Of a stretch of 64,000 bases of DNA, positions 1 through 9,396 are shown piece after piece; within the stretch, counting starts at the first letter, position 1, and each line of letters starts with the position of its first letter. A program made the position numbers and the translations under genes. The notes below the pieces were generated by a model. The model was given only the letters and a program-made list of their open reading frames with translations. It had not been told where the DNA came from and made no database searches. Source of the DNA: a virus; IMG/VR virus record IMGVR_UViG_3300050139_000358, positions 7,459-71,458 of that record. One strand, 5' to 3'.

Positions 1-305
1 AGCGTTACGTTGCTGCTGATCGTCAGGCCGTCCAGCTTCTTGCCACTGTCCGCAGCAAACAATCTCAGACTTTCCTGCACGTTTTTCAGCGCACCGGCTA
101 CCAGCTTGATCGTGCCGTTCCACTTTGACTGTCCGTGCGAGTCCTTTGTGATCGTTCCTTCGTATGGCTGTCCAACACCTGAAAATCTTCCGGCCATCGC
201 TTCTGCATAGCAATTTCTGCATCCGTCGGATACGCGCGAACATCCGCGCAACGGATTCCATGTTTCGGTACACCAAGCGATACCCCCGTTGCGTTGGTCA
301 GCCAT
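1..305 (-). CDS. Partial phage Gp37/Gp68 (DUF5131)-family protein, N-terminus, possibly disrupted
   Basis: Manual translation from ATG 305: [41 protein letters not shown], with the WNP..GC...S.GC.NCYA motif. Runs off the window edge. Confidence 0.65.
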   Translation of the reverse strand, partial: MADQRNGGIAWCTETWNPLRGCSRVSDGCRNCYAEAMAGRFSGVGQPYEGTITKDSHGQSKWNGTIKLVAGALKNVQESLRLFAADSGKKLDGLTISSNVT

Positions 306-687
306 TTGTATCTCCATTTAGGTACTCGAACTCAATTCGAGTAATGATCGTTTCAGGCGTGCAGCCCTTATGGCTTGCGCAGAACATCGAAACGAATTCT
401 GACGGCCAACAATAGGACGGATGATCTGCAAATCCTTCGAGCGCACATTCGGCGAATCCGTAATCTGTATCGTCTGTCATCTTGCATAGCGGTTCTCGCC
501 GAATTCCGATCACGCGAATTGGCCCGCGTAGTGGCTCAATCTTTTCACCTGGCTTGAGCCCCATGCACTTGCGCACGGGACGCAACATGTCGCCAGGTTT
601 AAGATTCAGCCAGCCGAGGCGGCGAGTGACCGTTTTTGATTCATCCATGATCTGGGTTGTTGTCATGGAAAAACTCATGTTTCTCAT
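298..687 (-). CDS. ASCH-like domain protein
   Basis: MSFSMT..QI....[14 protein letters not shown] motif. Overlaps neighbours in the operon. Confidence 0.65.
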   Translation of the reverse strand: MRNMSFSMTTTQIMDESKTVTRRLGWLNLKPGDMLRPVRKCMGLKPGEKIEPLRGPIRVIGIRREPLCKMTDDTDYGFAECALEGFADHPSYCWPSEFVSMFCASHKGCTPETIITRIEFEYLNGDTNG

Positions 688-1274
688 GCTGTACCCTCAA
701 TGCATTCGCGCATCATCGCGTAGGTCTGTTTTGCGCTTCCATTGCCATCGCGCCAGTCAGGACATTCAGAATCCATCGTTCCGCATATCTCATCCCATCG
801 GCTTACCAGCCTTGTCCATTCAGGGCTAACAGCAGCCATTTCCAAGATACGCGGAGAGAATTCTGGAACTTGCTCAAGCAATAACCGGCAGCGCTTCAGA
901 TCATCTGGATCATGCGGATAGGATAGACGGCCGTTTTTCATTTTCTGCCCAGACAGCGTAAAGAAAATTGTTTCGCTAGATGATCCTCTCTCGCCATCCA
1001 GCAGCCAGCGCGCGGCATGTGCAGATAACCCAATACTGGATGCTTCGCGTGCCTGCTCTTTCAGCTCATCGCATGCAGGCAGGTTAAGCAGCTTCTTCGT
1101 ATCCTCTGGCATCCCGGCTACTATCGCTGCGCCAAGGTGTTTCGCCGCACGTACATCTATCACCGCGCCATCCGGCAGCATTTTTAAGAGCGCGCCCATA
1201 TCACTAAGAGGAACGGGGCCGGTAATGACTTTGCAACCGCCTATTGTTTTTACTGTGTATCCAGGGGAGTTCAT
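684..1274 (-). CDS. Hypothetical phage protein
   Basis: 196-aa ORF with 4-nt overlaps on both sides. Confidence 0.75.
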   Translation of the reverse strand: MNSPGYTVKTIGGCKVITGPVPLSDMGALLKMLPDGAVIDVRAAKHLGAAIVAGMPEDTKKLLNLPACDELKEQAREASSIGLSAHAARWLLDGERGSSSETIFFTLSGQKMKNGRLSYPHDPDDLKRCRLLLEQVPEFSPRILEMAAVSPEWTRLVSRWDEICGTMDSECPDWRDGNGSAKQTYAMMRECIEGTA

Positions 1275-1741
1275 ACCGCCAACTCCATCTGTCGAGCGCG
1301 GATGCTGATTTTTGTATCTTCGCCAAGCATTTCAGCAATCGTTGCAATCTCTGACCCGTGCGGCTTGAACGATGCGCTCAAGGTGACACGCACGCGCTGG
1401 AAGTCGGTAAATTCTTCGTTGTCTGAGCCGCGCGGGTCGATGTACGGCTCAATCTCAAACTTGGAAAGTCGCGCGTCAATGAACGTAAACCCGCAAAGCT
1501 CGATCTCCATGTTGACGTGCTCTCCGCTCCACTTGACCGCTCCCATTGCTGGAAAGCGAACCGAATCCTTGTCGAACAGGAAGCTGCGTAGTGTTGGGTC
1601 GAATTGCGGTAGGACTGCAACGGCAACCTCGTCGATTTCCAGCTTAATATCGACGGCCAGTTCCTTATCGTCTTGAGCGCCTTCTTTGCGTGCATTGATG
1701 TGCTTGACCGATGCAACGCTGTTTTCTAATTCAAGTGCCAT
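1271..1741 (-). CDS. Hypothetical phage protein
   Basis: 156-aa ORF with GAGG RBS, in the leftward operon. Confidence 0.75.
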   Translation of the reverse strand: MALELENSVASVKHINARKEGAQDDKELAVDIKLEIDEVAVAVLPQFDPTLRSFLFDKDSVRFPAMGAVKWSGEHVNMEIELCGFTFIDARLSKFEIEPYIDPRGSDNEEFTDFQRVRVTLSASFKPHGSEIATIAEMLGEDTKISIRARQMELAV

Positions 1742-1766
1742 GATTGATTTCCTCGTTGGTTAAAGT

Positions 1767-4700
1767 TCAAGCCTGCTTGCGTTTGGTTTCTTTGATGGCT
1801 GCCATGTTTGCAAGGTTCGCGCGCACCAGCGCGGTCGCAAGCGGCGGGCATACCGAGTTGCCGCACATGCGCACCTGTGCGCTCTTGGTCAGCTTCAATC
1901 CTTGCTCTGGCTTGTCGCCGATGATGTAATTCTCTGGGAAGCCTTGAGCACGGAATAATTCGCGAGGTGCCAACATGCGCAGGCCGATGTCGGTGATCGC
2001 ATATTCTTCACCGTGAACTGTGACGAGCCCGAATCGATCTTTAGCGGTGACGGTGTGATTTGGTTCGTGGAGAGATACGCCGTCTTGCTCATTGCCGTAA
2101 TACTTGACTAGGAAAGCGCGCACCTCGGCGAAATGCGTCCCTTGAGCGCTGAGCGTATGTAATGGTTCATCGTCAGGTTGCCCGATGTTGTCGCCACGCA
2201 TCTTGACCAAGTTGCTGGTAACGATGCCGTGGATATTGCCTGTGCTATCTCTGGCAGGGTTGCCGCCGGCGGTAATCGTGTGGATAGGGTCGCTTAGTTC
2301 GCTACCAACCGAACCAGACCTGAACTTTGTTAGATGCGCAGATACCAGCGAATTGTGATCGGTGCTGGTGACGGTATGTAATGGCTCGTCATGCAGATCG
2401 TGACCAACTACGCCGCCATAGTGCTTTGCCATGAAGGCAGATACCAATGCGTGCCGATTCTCTGTGGTTTGTGTCTGCAACGGCTCATCCATGCGGATAC
2501 CGCGCACGTCTCCTGGGTATTTATCCCCGTAATAGGTGGAGATTATGGGAGCAACAAGGGCATGTTTTGCGCCGCCGGCAACTACAGTCCCGAGTGGTTT
2601 ATCCAAGCCTGGTGCGCGCGGAGATTGCCCGGCACGTTCTCCGTACCCAGTCTGAATCAGGGTTGGTGCAATCAATGCGAAGTGACCACCTTTGACCTGT
2701 GCGCATTGAGTACGAAGCGGCTCATCTGCGGCCATATTTCGCTGGTTGGAACCATTAGCATGTTCGGTGATGAATGGAGTTACCAATCCATATCCGCCGC
2801 TTGCCGTGATCGTTGGCAAAGGTTCCGCCATGCTCCGGTGTCCTTTACCCCAGCGTTGCGCGGCTCCCGGCTTGCCTTCTCCATGCGCGGCGGTAACGAT
2901 AAATGGTTCCGCTGCGTTCACTACATAGCGCATGATTCCCTTTGCTACGCGGCGCAATGTGTTATCTGCGAGAGGGCGAATAACGCCGAGTGCGCGAGCC
3001 TCTTCCTTGCTCAGAAAGATAGATGGACATGGAATTGACCAGTCAATGCACTCTGCGGCAGTACGCCAAGGCTTGAGCTTCCCATTCTTTACGTTATCCT
3101 TCTTTGGGTCGCCATGTGTCGGCGTCGGCCAGACGATTGGCTGTCCGTCGCGACGTGCGATCAGGAATAAGCGCTTTCTGATGGTTGGAGCACCAAAGTC
3201 GCAGGCGCGTAGTTCTTTATGCTCAACTGTGTAGCCTTGGCGTTGAAGCGCATTGCGGAACGCATTGAACTCGCGCCCCTTGTTCTTTGGGCAAGGGCGC
3301 ATATTTCCATCAGCGTCTTCGACCAGCGGCCCACAGGTTACAAACTCTTCGACATTTTCAAGCATGATGACGCGAGGTTTGCGAACCGCTGCCCAGCGCA
3401 GCGCCACCCAAGCCAGCCCGCGAATCTTCTTTTCGACCGGCTTGCCGCCCTTGGCTTTTGAAAAATGCTTGCAGTTGTGAACAATGATGCCTTCAACCAC
3501 GTAGCTTTCATCTTCTTCAACGCCGATATTGAATACCTCTGCCGATTCGCCAACGTCCGACTGTTCTCGCACCGGACACCATTCGATTCCATTCTCAATG
3601 TACGTTTGTGCGTGTTCAGCGTGCACGTTATGCCGCCAGCGAACTTTGAACAGGTCGCGCGCATTGACCTCACGTCCCTCAATAACGCTAGAATTAGGGC
3701 GGCAATAAACTGCGACCGTCTTACCCAGGCTATTGGCAAGTGCCTTTAGGCCGAATGCCAGAGATTTAGATACCGTGTGCGCTTCGACGAAATCCTCGAA
3801 CTTGTGTCCGTCTGCGCTGAGATAGCCTTCCAGCAGCGCCTCACGGGCACTTACCGAAAGACCAAGCGCCCAAGCCGGGACACCCTTTGCCTCAGCGCGA
3901 TGACCAAAATGCTCCCGAAGCCATTCAACCAGTCCGCGATGACTTGTGGTGAACTGGTACGCGGTGCGAGTTTGACGCTCGTGCCATGCAAGTTCATTTC
4001 CAACCGATCTGTCGCCGACTCGCGGCCAACGATTCAGCAAGTCTCGCAGGCGATCAACTTCATGCATTCCGCAGGTGATTACCAACTCGGCGCGCGTATC
4101 GGTCAGGCGTGTCCATCCGTCCCCAAGGTAACGCCCAGCAAGCCAAAGAAATTCATCGGTCAAGTCAATACCGCGACCCGCGACACTTGGTGCGACCGAT
4201 GCCGGAAACGAATGCGGTGCTGCCCAATATGTTCCCTTATCTACTGCTGAGGCCGGAGTCCAAGTTTCAGGATGCAAGAAATGGTCGTAGGTTCGGCGAT
4301 CATTGTTCCATACACGAAATTGTTCGCGCGTGTAGAACGGATGTTCCTGACTGACTCGCAAGCCAGGGTGCCCATGACCGCGAATCTCGATCAGAGGCCG
4401 AACAGTCGAAGAGCATTCTGTAACTGCACGCCACCGGAGTTTGTGAGTCAATACCATGTCTCCGACGCGGATGCGCTCGATTGGCCTATAACCTTTGTCG
4501 GTCATAACCAGCGTGCCGGATGGAAAGCAATCTGGCGACAACCATAGCAAGCCAATTTTACGGCCCGGCTCAACATCGCGCGGGTTGACCTCCCACACAG
4601 ATTCGCAGTAATGGCGCGTCTGTGGGTGATTCGCTGAGTGCATCGCGACCGCTTCCGGGTCGTGGTTGATCGCCACGTCAACATGACGCCCAAGTGCAAT

Positions 4701-4790
4701 TTCAATCCCGGTTGACGCTCCGCCACCGCCGGCGAAGTTGTCGATGATGATTTCTTCGTTGATGTCGAGGATGAGTTGTGGCGTTATCAT
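1767..4790 (-). CDS. DNA cytosine-5 methyltransferase containing an intein
   Basis: Motif I DNFAGGGG, motif IV SPD/C split by the intein, motif VI ENV, RKRLF, C-terminal GNSV. Confidence 0.92.
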   Translation of the reverse strand: MITPQLILDINEEIIIDNFAGGGGASTGIEIALGRHVDVAINHDPEAVAMHSANHPQTRHYCESVWEVNPRDVEPGRKIGLLWLSPDCFPSGTLVMTDKGYRPIERIRVGDMVLTHKLRWRAVTECSSTVRPLIEIRGHGHPGLRVSQEHPFYTREQFRVWNNDRRTYDHFLHPETWTPASAVDKGTYWAAPHSFPASVAPSVAGRGIDLTDEFLWLAGRYLGDGWTRLTDTRAELVITCGMHEVDRLRDLLNRWPRVGDRSVGNELAWHERQTRTAYQFTTSHRGLVEWLREHFGHRAEAKGVPAWALGLSVSAREALLEGYLSADGHKFEDFVEAHTVSKSLAFGLKALANSLGKTVAVYCRPNSSVIEGREVNARDLFKVRWRHNVHAEHAQTYIENGIEWCPVREQSDVGESAEVFNIGVEEDESYVVEGIIVHNCKHFSKAKGGKPVEKKIRGLAWVALRWAAVRKPRVIMLENVEEFVTCGPLVEDADGNMRPCPKNKGREFNAFRNALQRQGYTVEHKELRACDFGAPTIRKRLFLIARRDGQPIVWPTPTHGDPKKDNVKNGKLKPWRTAAECIDWSIPCPSIFLSKEEARALGVIRPLADNTLRRVAKGIMRYVVNAAEPFIVTAAHGEGKPGAAQRWGKGHRSMAEPLPTITASGGYGLVTPFITEHANGSNQRNMAADEPLRTQCAQVKGGHFALIAPTLIQTGYGERAGQSPRAPGLDKPLGTVVAGGAKHALVAPIISTYYGDKYPGDVRGIRMDEPLQTQTTENRHALVSAFMAKHYGGVVGHDLHDEPLHTVTSTDHNSLVSAHLTKFRSGSVGSELSDPIHTITAGGNPARDSTGNIHGIVTSNLVKMRGDNIGQPDDEPLHTLSAQGTHFAEVRAFLVKYYGNEQDGVSLHEPNHTVTAKDRFGLVTVHGEEYAITDIGLRMLAPRELFRAQGFPENYIIGDKPEQGLKLTKSAQVRMCGNSVCPPLATALVRANLANMAAIKETKRKQA
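3474..4529 (-). mobile_element. Intein (352 aa) with LAGLIDADG-type homing endonuclease
   Basis: Starts CFPSGTLV and ends IIVHN before Cys+1. Internal WLAGRYLGDG and LLEGYLSADG blocks. Confidence 0.92.
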
Positions 4791-6754
4791 GCTGCCACCA
4801 GCTCTGCTTCTGTTTTGGATGTTGAAGCCAAGAACTGCCCCATTTCATCCATCACTAAAGCAAGTTCATTTATGCCCTTGTACTTCAGCATGAAGTGGAC
4901 GCATTCTTCCTGCGCCTGCGCTAGCAGCATTTGATTTTGATTTTTAGCATGAACAGGGAAGGGCCACGTTGTTGATGGTCGAATAGTTGTCGGCTTATCC
5001 TCTTCGGACTCTGTTTCAATGTGCGCGGCCTGAATAACAGCAGCATCACCCTGCAAAGATTTTTCATGCTCACGTTGAAGAGCCTCGGATTCAGCCTTTT
5101 GTTCAAGCCCCTGATGAAATAATTTCCCTACGGGACTCTTTCCTTCGTCGGTTTTAGCTTTTGTTTGAGCTGCTTCCACTTCAGCCTTTGCAGCCTCTTC
5201 AAACATCTTTTTAGTGGCAGCTTCTTCCTGCGCTTTTTGCTTGGCTTGTTCTTCCATCTGGGCTTTCACGCCTGCGGCAACCTTGTCGCGCTCTTCCGCT
5301 TCCATTTTGGCGCGCTCGGCCACAAGGATTGCCTCCGCTTCAGCTTCGGCCTTTGCTTTAGCTTTGGAATCGGCTTCGGCCTGCATAGCGACACGTAGCG
5401 CTTCAACCTTGGCGGCCTCTGCTTCTTTGTAATCCTTGACGCGGGAAGTAACGGTGAGCTGGAAGTCTTCCATCGGCTTGACGATGATTGCCTGCATGTC
5501 TTTAAACAAAAATCCGAACTCGGAGAATTTGTCCTTGCACCACGCGAGCTTGTCGCTCACGTCTTTGCAAAGCTCAGTCGATTCCATTTCGGCGCGCGCC
5601 ATCATGTCGTCAATGGCGCCCTGCATGGATGCGTATTTGCTCTTTCCTTTGATCGCAATGGCGAAGTCTGGCTTGGTCACATTGAGCCTAGTTGGCTTGA
5701 CCGTTTCTTCGAGTGCGGCGAAAAATTCGTTGAACTTGTTTTTCGCCTCATTAACCATGGCGGCCTTCTTGGCCAAGTCTTCGCGCTTCACGTCCGTTTC
5801 GAGTTGCAGGGCGGTGACGCGCAAGTCTTCGTGCCATGCGTCGATCATCAATGCCGCTTCGCCGATAGTGGTGGTCTGAGCAAGCATGGCTTCTTTTGTT
5901 GCCATGAGTTTGACGCATTGCTCGCGGAATTTCTTGGCCGCTTCTTTGGCATTCGAGAAGTCTTGATCGCTGACCAGCGCGATGCTCCGCACCTCGGCCA
6001 AGCGTGTTGCCAGCGCGGCGCCATAGGCAATCATGTTGCTCTCGGTAATCTCGCCTTGCGCATGAATAAACAGGGCAGGGAGGTCAATTACAACTTCTGC
6101 CTGTGGCCGCTCAACGATATGGCGCGGCTCATAATCTTCACGGTCTTTATGGAATTGAACCCAGCCGTTGATGATTCTGTTAAACCATACGGCATCAGGG
6201 AAGACTTCCATGCTGTGCGTGTTTTCTTCGGTACCGTCTGATACCGAGAAAATTAGTTTCTCCGCCCCGGATACCAGCAATAACTGGTAGCACTGAGGGG
6301 CATGCTCTTCAGGCAAGATGTTGTTCTTTACTTGCTCGACAATGGCTGCGTTTGGCTGCTTGTTTTCCCATACGATAGCGCCAGACATCACGGCACCATC
6401 GCATGATGCCGACATACGACCGCGAGACAGCACTATAGGGTAGAGCTTGCTTCCGATAAGCTTCTCGATGATCGGGCGAGCCAGCGCTTCAACCTTGTGC
6501 CCATAGTCGAGTACGTTTTTCTGTACCCATGCGCTGAATTCCTTCTTCATGCCGAAGCACTTCATATTCAACATTTCTGTGCGCGATGTATTCTTCGACA
6601 AGGCGAGCATTGCTGCCGCCTCGCTTGATCCATCGTGCTCGTCGCGGAACGCATGCCATTCAGGTGACCCTTGTGGAAGATCGTGCTCTACGAGCGGGTT
6701 TTCTTGTAGCCATTTCTGTACGTTTTGCATGATTAGCTCCCTTCCTTTTCCCAA
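4787..6754 (-). CDS. YqaJ-like viral recombinase exonuclease with long coiled-coil C-terminus
   Basis: QGSPEWHAFR, GSSEAAAML, GHKVEALAR, ASCDG...WENK motifs. Adjacent to recT. Confidence 0.85.
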   Translation of the reverse strand: MGKGRELIMQNVQKWLQENPLVEHDLPQGSPEWHAFRDEHDGSSEAAAMLALSKNTSRTEMLNMKCFGMKKEFSAWVQKNVLDYGHKVEALARPIIEKLIGSKLYPIVLSRGRMSASCDGAVMSGAIVWENKQPNAAIVEQVKNNILPEEHAPQCYQLLLVSGAEKLIFSVSDGTEENTHSMEVFPDAVWFNRIINGWVQFHKDREDYEPRHIVERPQAEVVIDLPALFIHAQGEITESNMIAYGAALATRLAEVRSIALVSDQDFSNAKEAAKKFREQCVKLMATKEAMLAQTTTIGEAALMIDAWHEDLRVTALQLETDVKREDLAKKAAMVNEAKNKFNEFFAALEETVKPTRLNVTKPDFAIAIKGKSKYASMQGAIDDMMARAEMESTELCKDVSDKLAWCKDKFSEFGFLFKDMQAIIVKPMEDFQLTVTSRVKDYKEAEAAKVEALRVAMQAEADSKAKAKAEAEAEAILVAERAKMEAEERDKVAAGVKAQMEEQAKQKAQEEAATKKMFEEAAKAEVEAAQTKAKTDEGKSPVGKLFHQGLEQKAESEALQREHEKSLQGDAAVIQAAHIETESEEDKPTTIRPSTTWPFPVHAKNQNQMLLAQAQEECVHFMLKYKGINELALVMDEMGQFLASTSKTEAELVAA

Positions 6755-7719
6755 GCGTCGATCTGGAATTGCTGCTCATCCGTCAGTGTCATGGTCGTTT
6801 TTGCAGTGTTGATGATTGACTTGGCTTTCTTCTTCCCCGCGCGCACCAGCGGCTCCCATTCTTTGCTCAGTGCCAAGAATTCTTCTGCGGTGCATACCGG
6901 AAGGCCTTCACCAGCTCCGCCGGTTTGTGCGGATTGCTCTTCCTGATCGACTGCGCCGTCTTTTGTGGTAAAGATGATTTCGCCTTCAATAGTTCTTTCC
7001 AGTTCCACGTTCTTGCCGGTATCGGCGGCGTTGTCGATGATCTGCGCAGCCTGCATTTCAATACTCATAGGCAGGTACTTCCAGCCGCGACGAATAACGG
7101 TCTTGCGGATCATTTCGTCGCGGTCGGTGTCCCATGGCGTTTGCTTGTTGTATTTCTTTGCCGATTGAACCGCCGAGCTGCGCTCCTTGATTTTCATTAC
7201 CTCGTCGATGCTCATCCACTCGAAGTGGTGTCCGCCGTCCTTGAAGTGCGCGACCATATAGGCAATCATTGGATCTCCGCGCTCCCCCTTCAGGGCTGGC
7301 TTATGCGTTACTTTTACGTCAAGGCCTAGGCTTAGGTCGAACACATCATTTGAATAAACGATATGGGCGTTGATACTGGTGATTTCGCCTGACCGTCTGG
7401 CCAGCGAAAGCAGGCCACGATAGCCCGGCATCATCTTGATCTCGCCCTTGAAGGGAACTAGGTAGGCTTGACCAAGTGGGCCGCCGATTTCAAGCCCCAA
7501 ATGGCTTGCCTGAATAATGGCATTCAGGAAACTTTCAGGACTTTCAATCGCGCACTTTGCAAGCGTCGTGTTACCGCGTAATTCATTGAGGGCGATGCGC
7601 GCCATTTTTTCCGGCGTCACGTTGCTGGCGATGACGGACTTGATCTGCTTCATTCGCGATGCCACGAATACTTGTAGATCGCTTATGCTTTTTGGTTGGG
7701 TGGCAACTTGAGTGTTCAT
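6733..7719 (-). CDS. recT: RecT single-strand annealing protein
   Basis: GQAYLVPF, GYRGLLSLARRSG, PW.TD.DEM.RKTVIRR..KYLP.S.E motifs. Confidence 0.92.
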   Translation of the reverse strand: MNTQVATQPKSISDLQVFVASRMKQIKSVIASNVTPEKMARIALNELRGNTTLAKCAIESPESFLNAIIQASHLGLEIGGPLGQAYLVPFKGEIKMMPGYRGLLSLARRSGEITSINAHIVYSNDVFDLSLGLDVKVTHKPALKGERGDPMIAYMVAHFKDGGHHFEWMSIDEVMKIKERSSAVQSAKKYNKQTPWDTDRDEMIRKTVIRRGWKYLPMSIEMQAAQIIDNAADTGKNVELERTIEGEIIFTTKDGAVDQEEQSAQTGGAGEGLPVCTAEEFLALSKEWEPLVRAGKKKAKSIINTAKTTMTLTDEQQFQIDAWEKEGS

Positions 7720-7964
7720 TTTGTGTACTCCGTTTTATATTTCGCGAAGGCCACGGCTACCTTCACCCACCCGTCAATCAGAGCCGGCATGATGCAAAAC
7801 ACCGATCCACGAACTGCCACGATGCTGCCGTGCTCATTAGCTTCAATCGCTACATCCTCAAGGCGCTCATCCAGCTGGCAAGGGCGGAAATATCCGATTG
7901 CTTCTCGATATGCCGTAACTCCCATTTCAGAACGCTTGACGCTCATGTTGTTGACTGCTTGCAT
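7716..7964 (-). CDS. Hypothetical protein
   Basis: ATG 7964 with GAGGGGAG RBS. 4-nt overlap with recT. Confidence 0.55.
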   Translation of the reverse strand: MQAVNNMSVKRSEMGVTAYREAIGYFRPCQLDERLEDVAIEANEHGSIVAVRGSVFCIMPALIDGWVKVAVAFAKYKTEYTK

Positions 7965-8121
7965 GACTATCTCCCCTCTCCGCTTTAGTTGAGCACCGAT
8001 GACATTGGCAGCTTCTAACCCCAACCCATATCAATCCGCACTGATCGCATTTGTTCTGCACGTCTCGCAAATGCCATGGCGGATTTGGCGCACTGCCGTC
8101 GTATCCGTACTGGTTCTGCAT
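7927..8121 (-). CDS. Small Cys-rich hypothetical protein (possible Zn finger)
   Basis: ATG 8121 preceded by GGAGG. CDQC...CHRC. Confidence 0.45.
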   Translation of the reverse strand: MQNQYGYDGSAPNPPWHLRDVQNKCDQCGLIWVGVRSCQCHRCSTKAERGDSHASSQQHERQAF

Positions 8122-8324
8122 AGCCGCCTCCCAAAAGTTAATTGGTGGCCGTCCAAGGCCTGGGCTGGTTTCTTTCGCACTTCCAGCGGTCGCACATCTT
8201 TCCGTGTAGTCAGGCTCCCTTGTCGCATGAGGTTTAATCGCCAGTACCTCGTTCCACTTCACTGCGCTTTACTTCCGTACCTGTTCACCGCGTTGCTTGG
8301 TGTTGCTGGGTGCTGCTCGTTTCG

Positions 8325-8374
8325 ATGGGTGAATATTAGTCCGACTGTTTGAGCGTGTCAATAGTCCGACTGAT
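8325..8374 (-). promoter_or_regulatory. PL-like promoter with two repressor operators
   Basis: Minus strand TTGACA (8361-8356), 17 nt, TAATAT (8338-8333). Operators at 8335-8349 and 8360-8374 with core CAGTCGGACT. Confidence 0.85.
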
Positions 8375-8417
8375 ATTTATTTTTATGAGTTATCGTCGCG
8401 CCATAATTTCAGGCAAC

Positions 8418-8441
8418 AAAAAACCCGCACTAGGCGGGTTT
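8418..8441 (-). terminator. Intrinsic terminator at the end of the cI operon
   Basis: AAACCCGC-actag-GCGGGTTT hairpin. The A-run on its left is a U-tract on the minus strand. Confidence 0.7.
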
Positions 8442-8553
8442 ATGTAGGAACTACTGACTGATTAGATGGCGTTACGCGGACTTCCCTTCTCGGGAGTCTG
8501 TCCTGAAACGCAGGCAGAAATACCGAGATAAAAAACGACGGTTATCATTGTTG

Positions 8554-9381
8554 TTACCTCATTCCGGCATTCATAAGGCCAAGTAGAACCGATCCTTGGT
8601 GCGCGCCGCTCAACTCAAGTACGCGCTGCGCACGATCTTCCTTGATTCCGGCTTTTGCCATGTTCCCGATGAGGCGTTGCCTGAGCATATCTCCGTTGTA
8701 GGCGGGCGCCGGTACGCGCCTTTGTTGGCGCGCATACGCTGCTTCGACGAAGGCTCCGGCCAGCGCGGAAACGGAGCAAGAGGTGGCGCCCGTCTCATTG
8801 ATCTTCTTTTGCTTTGCCAATGCACGCCAGCAAGAGTTTTCCATCGAAAGCATTTCGCCGATCCCGCCAGAGCGATAGGCTTGATACATTTCACCTGCCA
8901 TTTCGGCGGATTTTTCGACGCTCACGCCAGATGCCGCGATTTCTGCCATTTGCTTCTTTTCCTCTGTGGCGGACTTTCGCTCTTCTTCAAGACGTTTTTC
9001 GTCAGCTTCCTTTTTGGCCTTTTCCTGTTGTTCTTCGGCTGCTTTCATTTGCTTGCTGAATTCCACAAACAGTTCACCGGTAATGCGTTCGCACTCCGAT
9101 GCCGGGTATGCGTCCGAAAAATCCTTATGCCTGTAGTTGATAGGAGCTACCGGGCCAAAGTAGCAGGTCTCTTTAACCAGCAGAGAGAGTCCGTCACTTT
9201 TGCCTGCAACAAATCTGAACTCTCTTGCGGCTCTTGCTGCCGTGTCTTCCTCGGCCTTTTCTATGATGCACGCTCTATCGCCCCCGCATTGGCTATCGAT
9301 ACTCTGCTGCATTCCGGCCATGGATAATTGAGTGGTAGATGCAAATGCCACGATAAACGCCAAAAAACGGGTAATTTTCAT
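8554..9381 (-). CDS. Secreted/periplasmic hypothetical protein in the immunity region
   Basis: N-terminal signal peptide MKITRFLAFIVAFAS..., charged coiled-coil middle. Confidence 0.75.
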   Translation of the reverse strand: MKITRFLAFIVAFASTTQLSMAGMQQSIDSQCGGDRACIIEKAEEDTAARAAREFRFVAGKSDGLSLLVKETCYFGPVAPINYRHKDFSDAYPASECERITGELFVEFSKQMKAAEEQQEKAKKEADEKRLEEERKSATEEKKQMAEIAASGVSVEKSAEMAGEMYQAYRSGGIGEMLSMENSCWRALAKQKKINETGATSCSVSALAGAFVEAAYARQQRRVPAPAYNGDMLRQRLIGNMAKAGIKEDRAQRVLELSGAHQGSVLLGLMNAGMR

Positions 9382-9396
9382 GTAACTTCCTTTCCG

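Noticed and set aside
6557-6571. Possible self-target of unit 4 (CATATTCAA preceded by GCAC)
   Set aside because: Only one 9-mer matches fully and the spacing is off. Single 9-mer hits are expected by chance in 64 kb; the same applies to TCCCAGTCA near 19177 and 22520.
8130-8320. Structured ncRNA or nut-like element in the PL leader (CAGCA repeats, GCTGG/CCAGC hairpin)
   Set aside because: Short features with no recognisable boxA/boxB or family match. Not supportable by eye.
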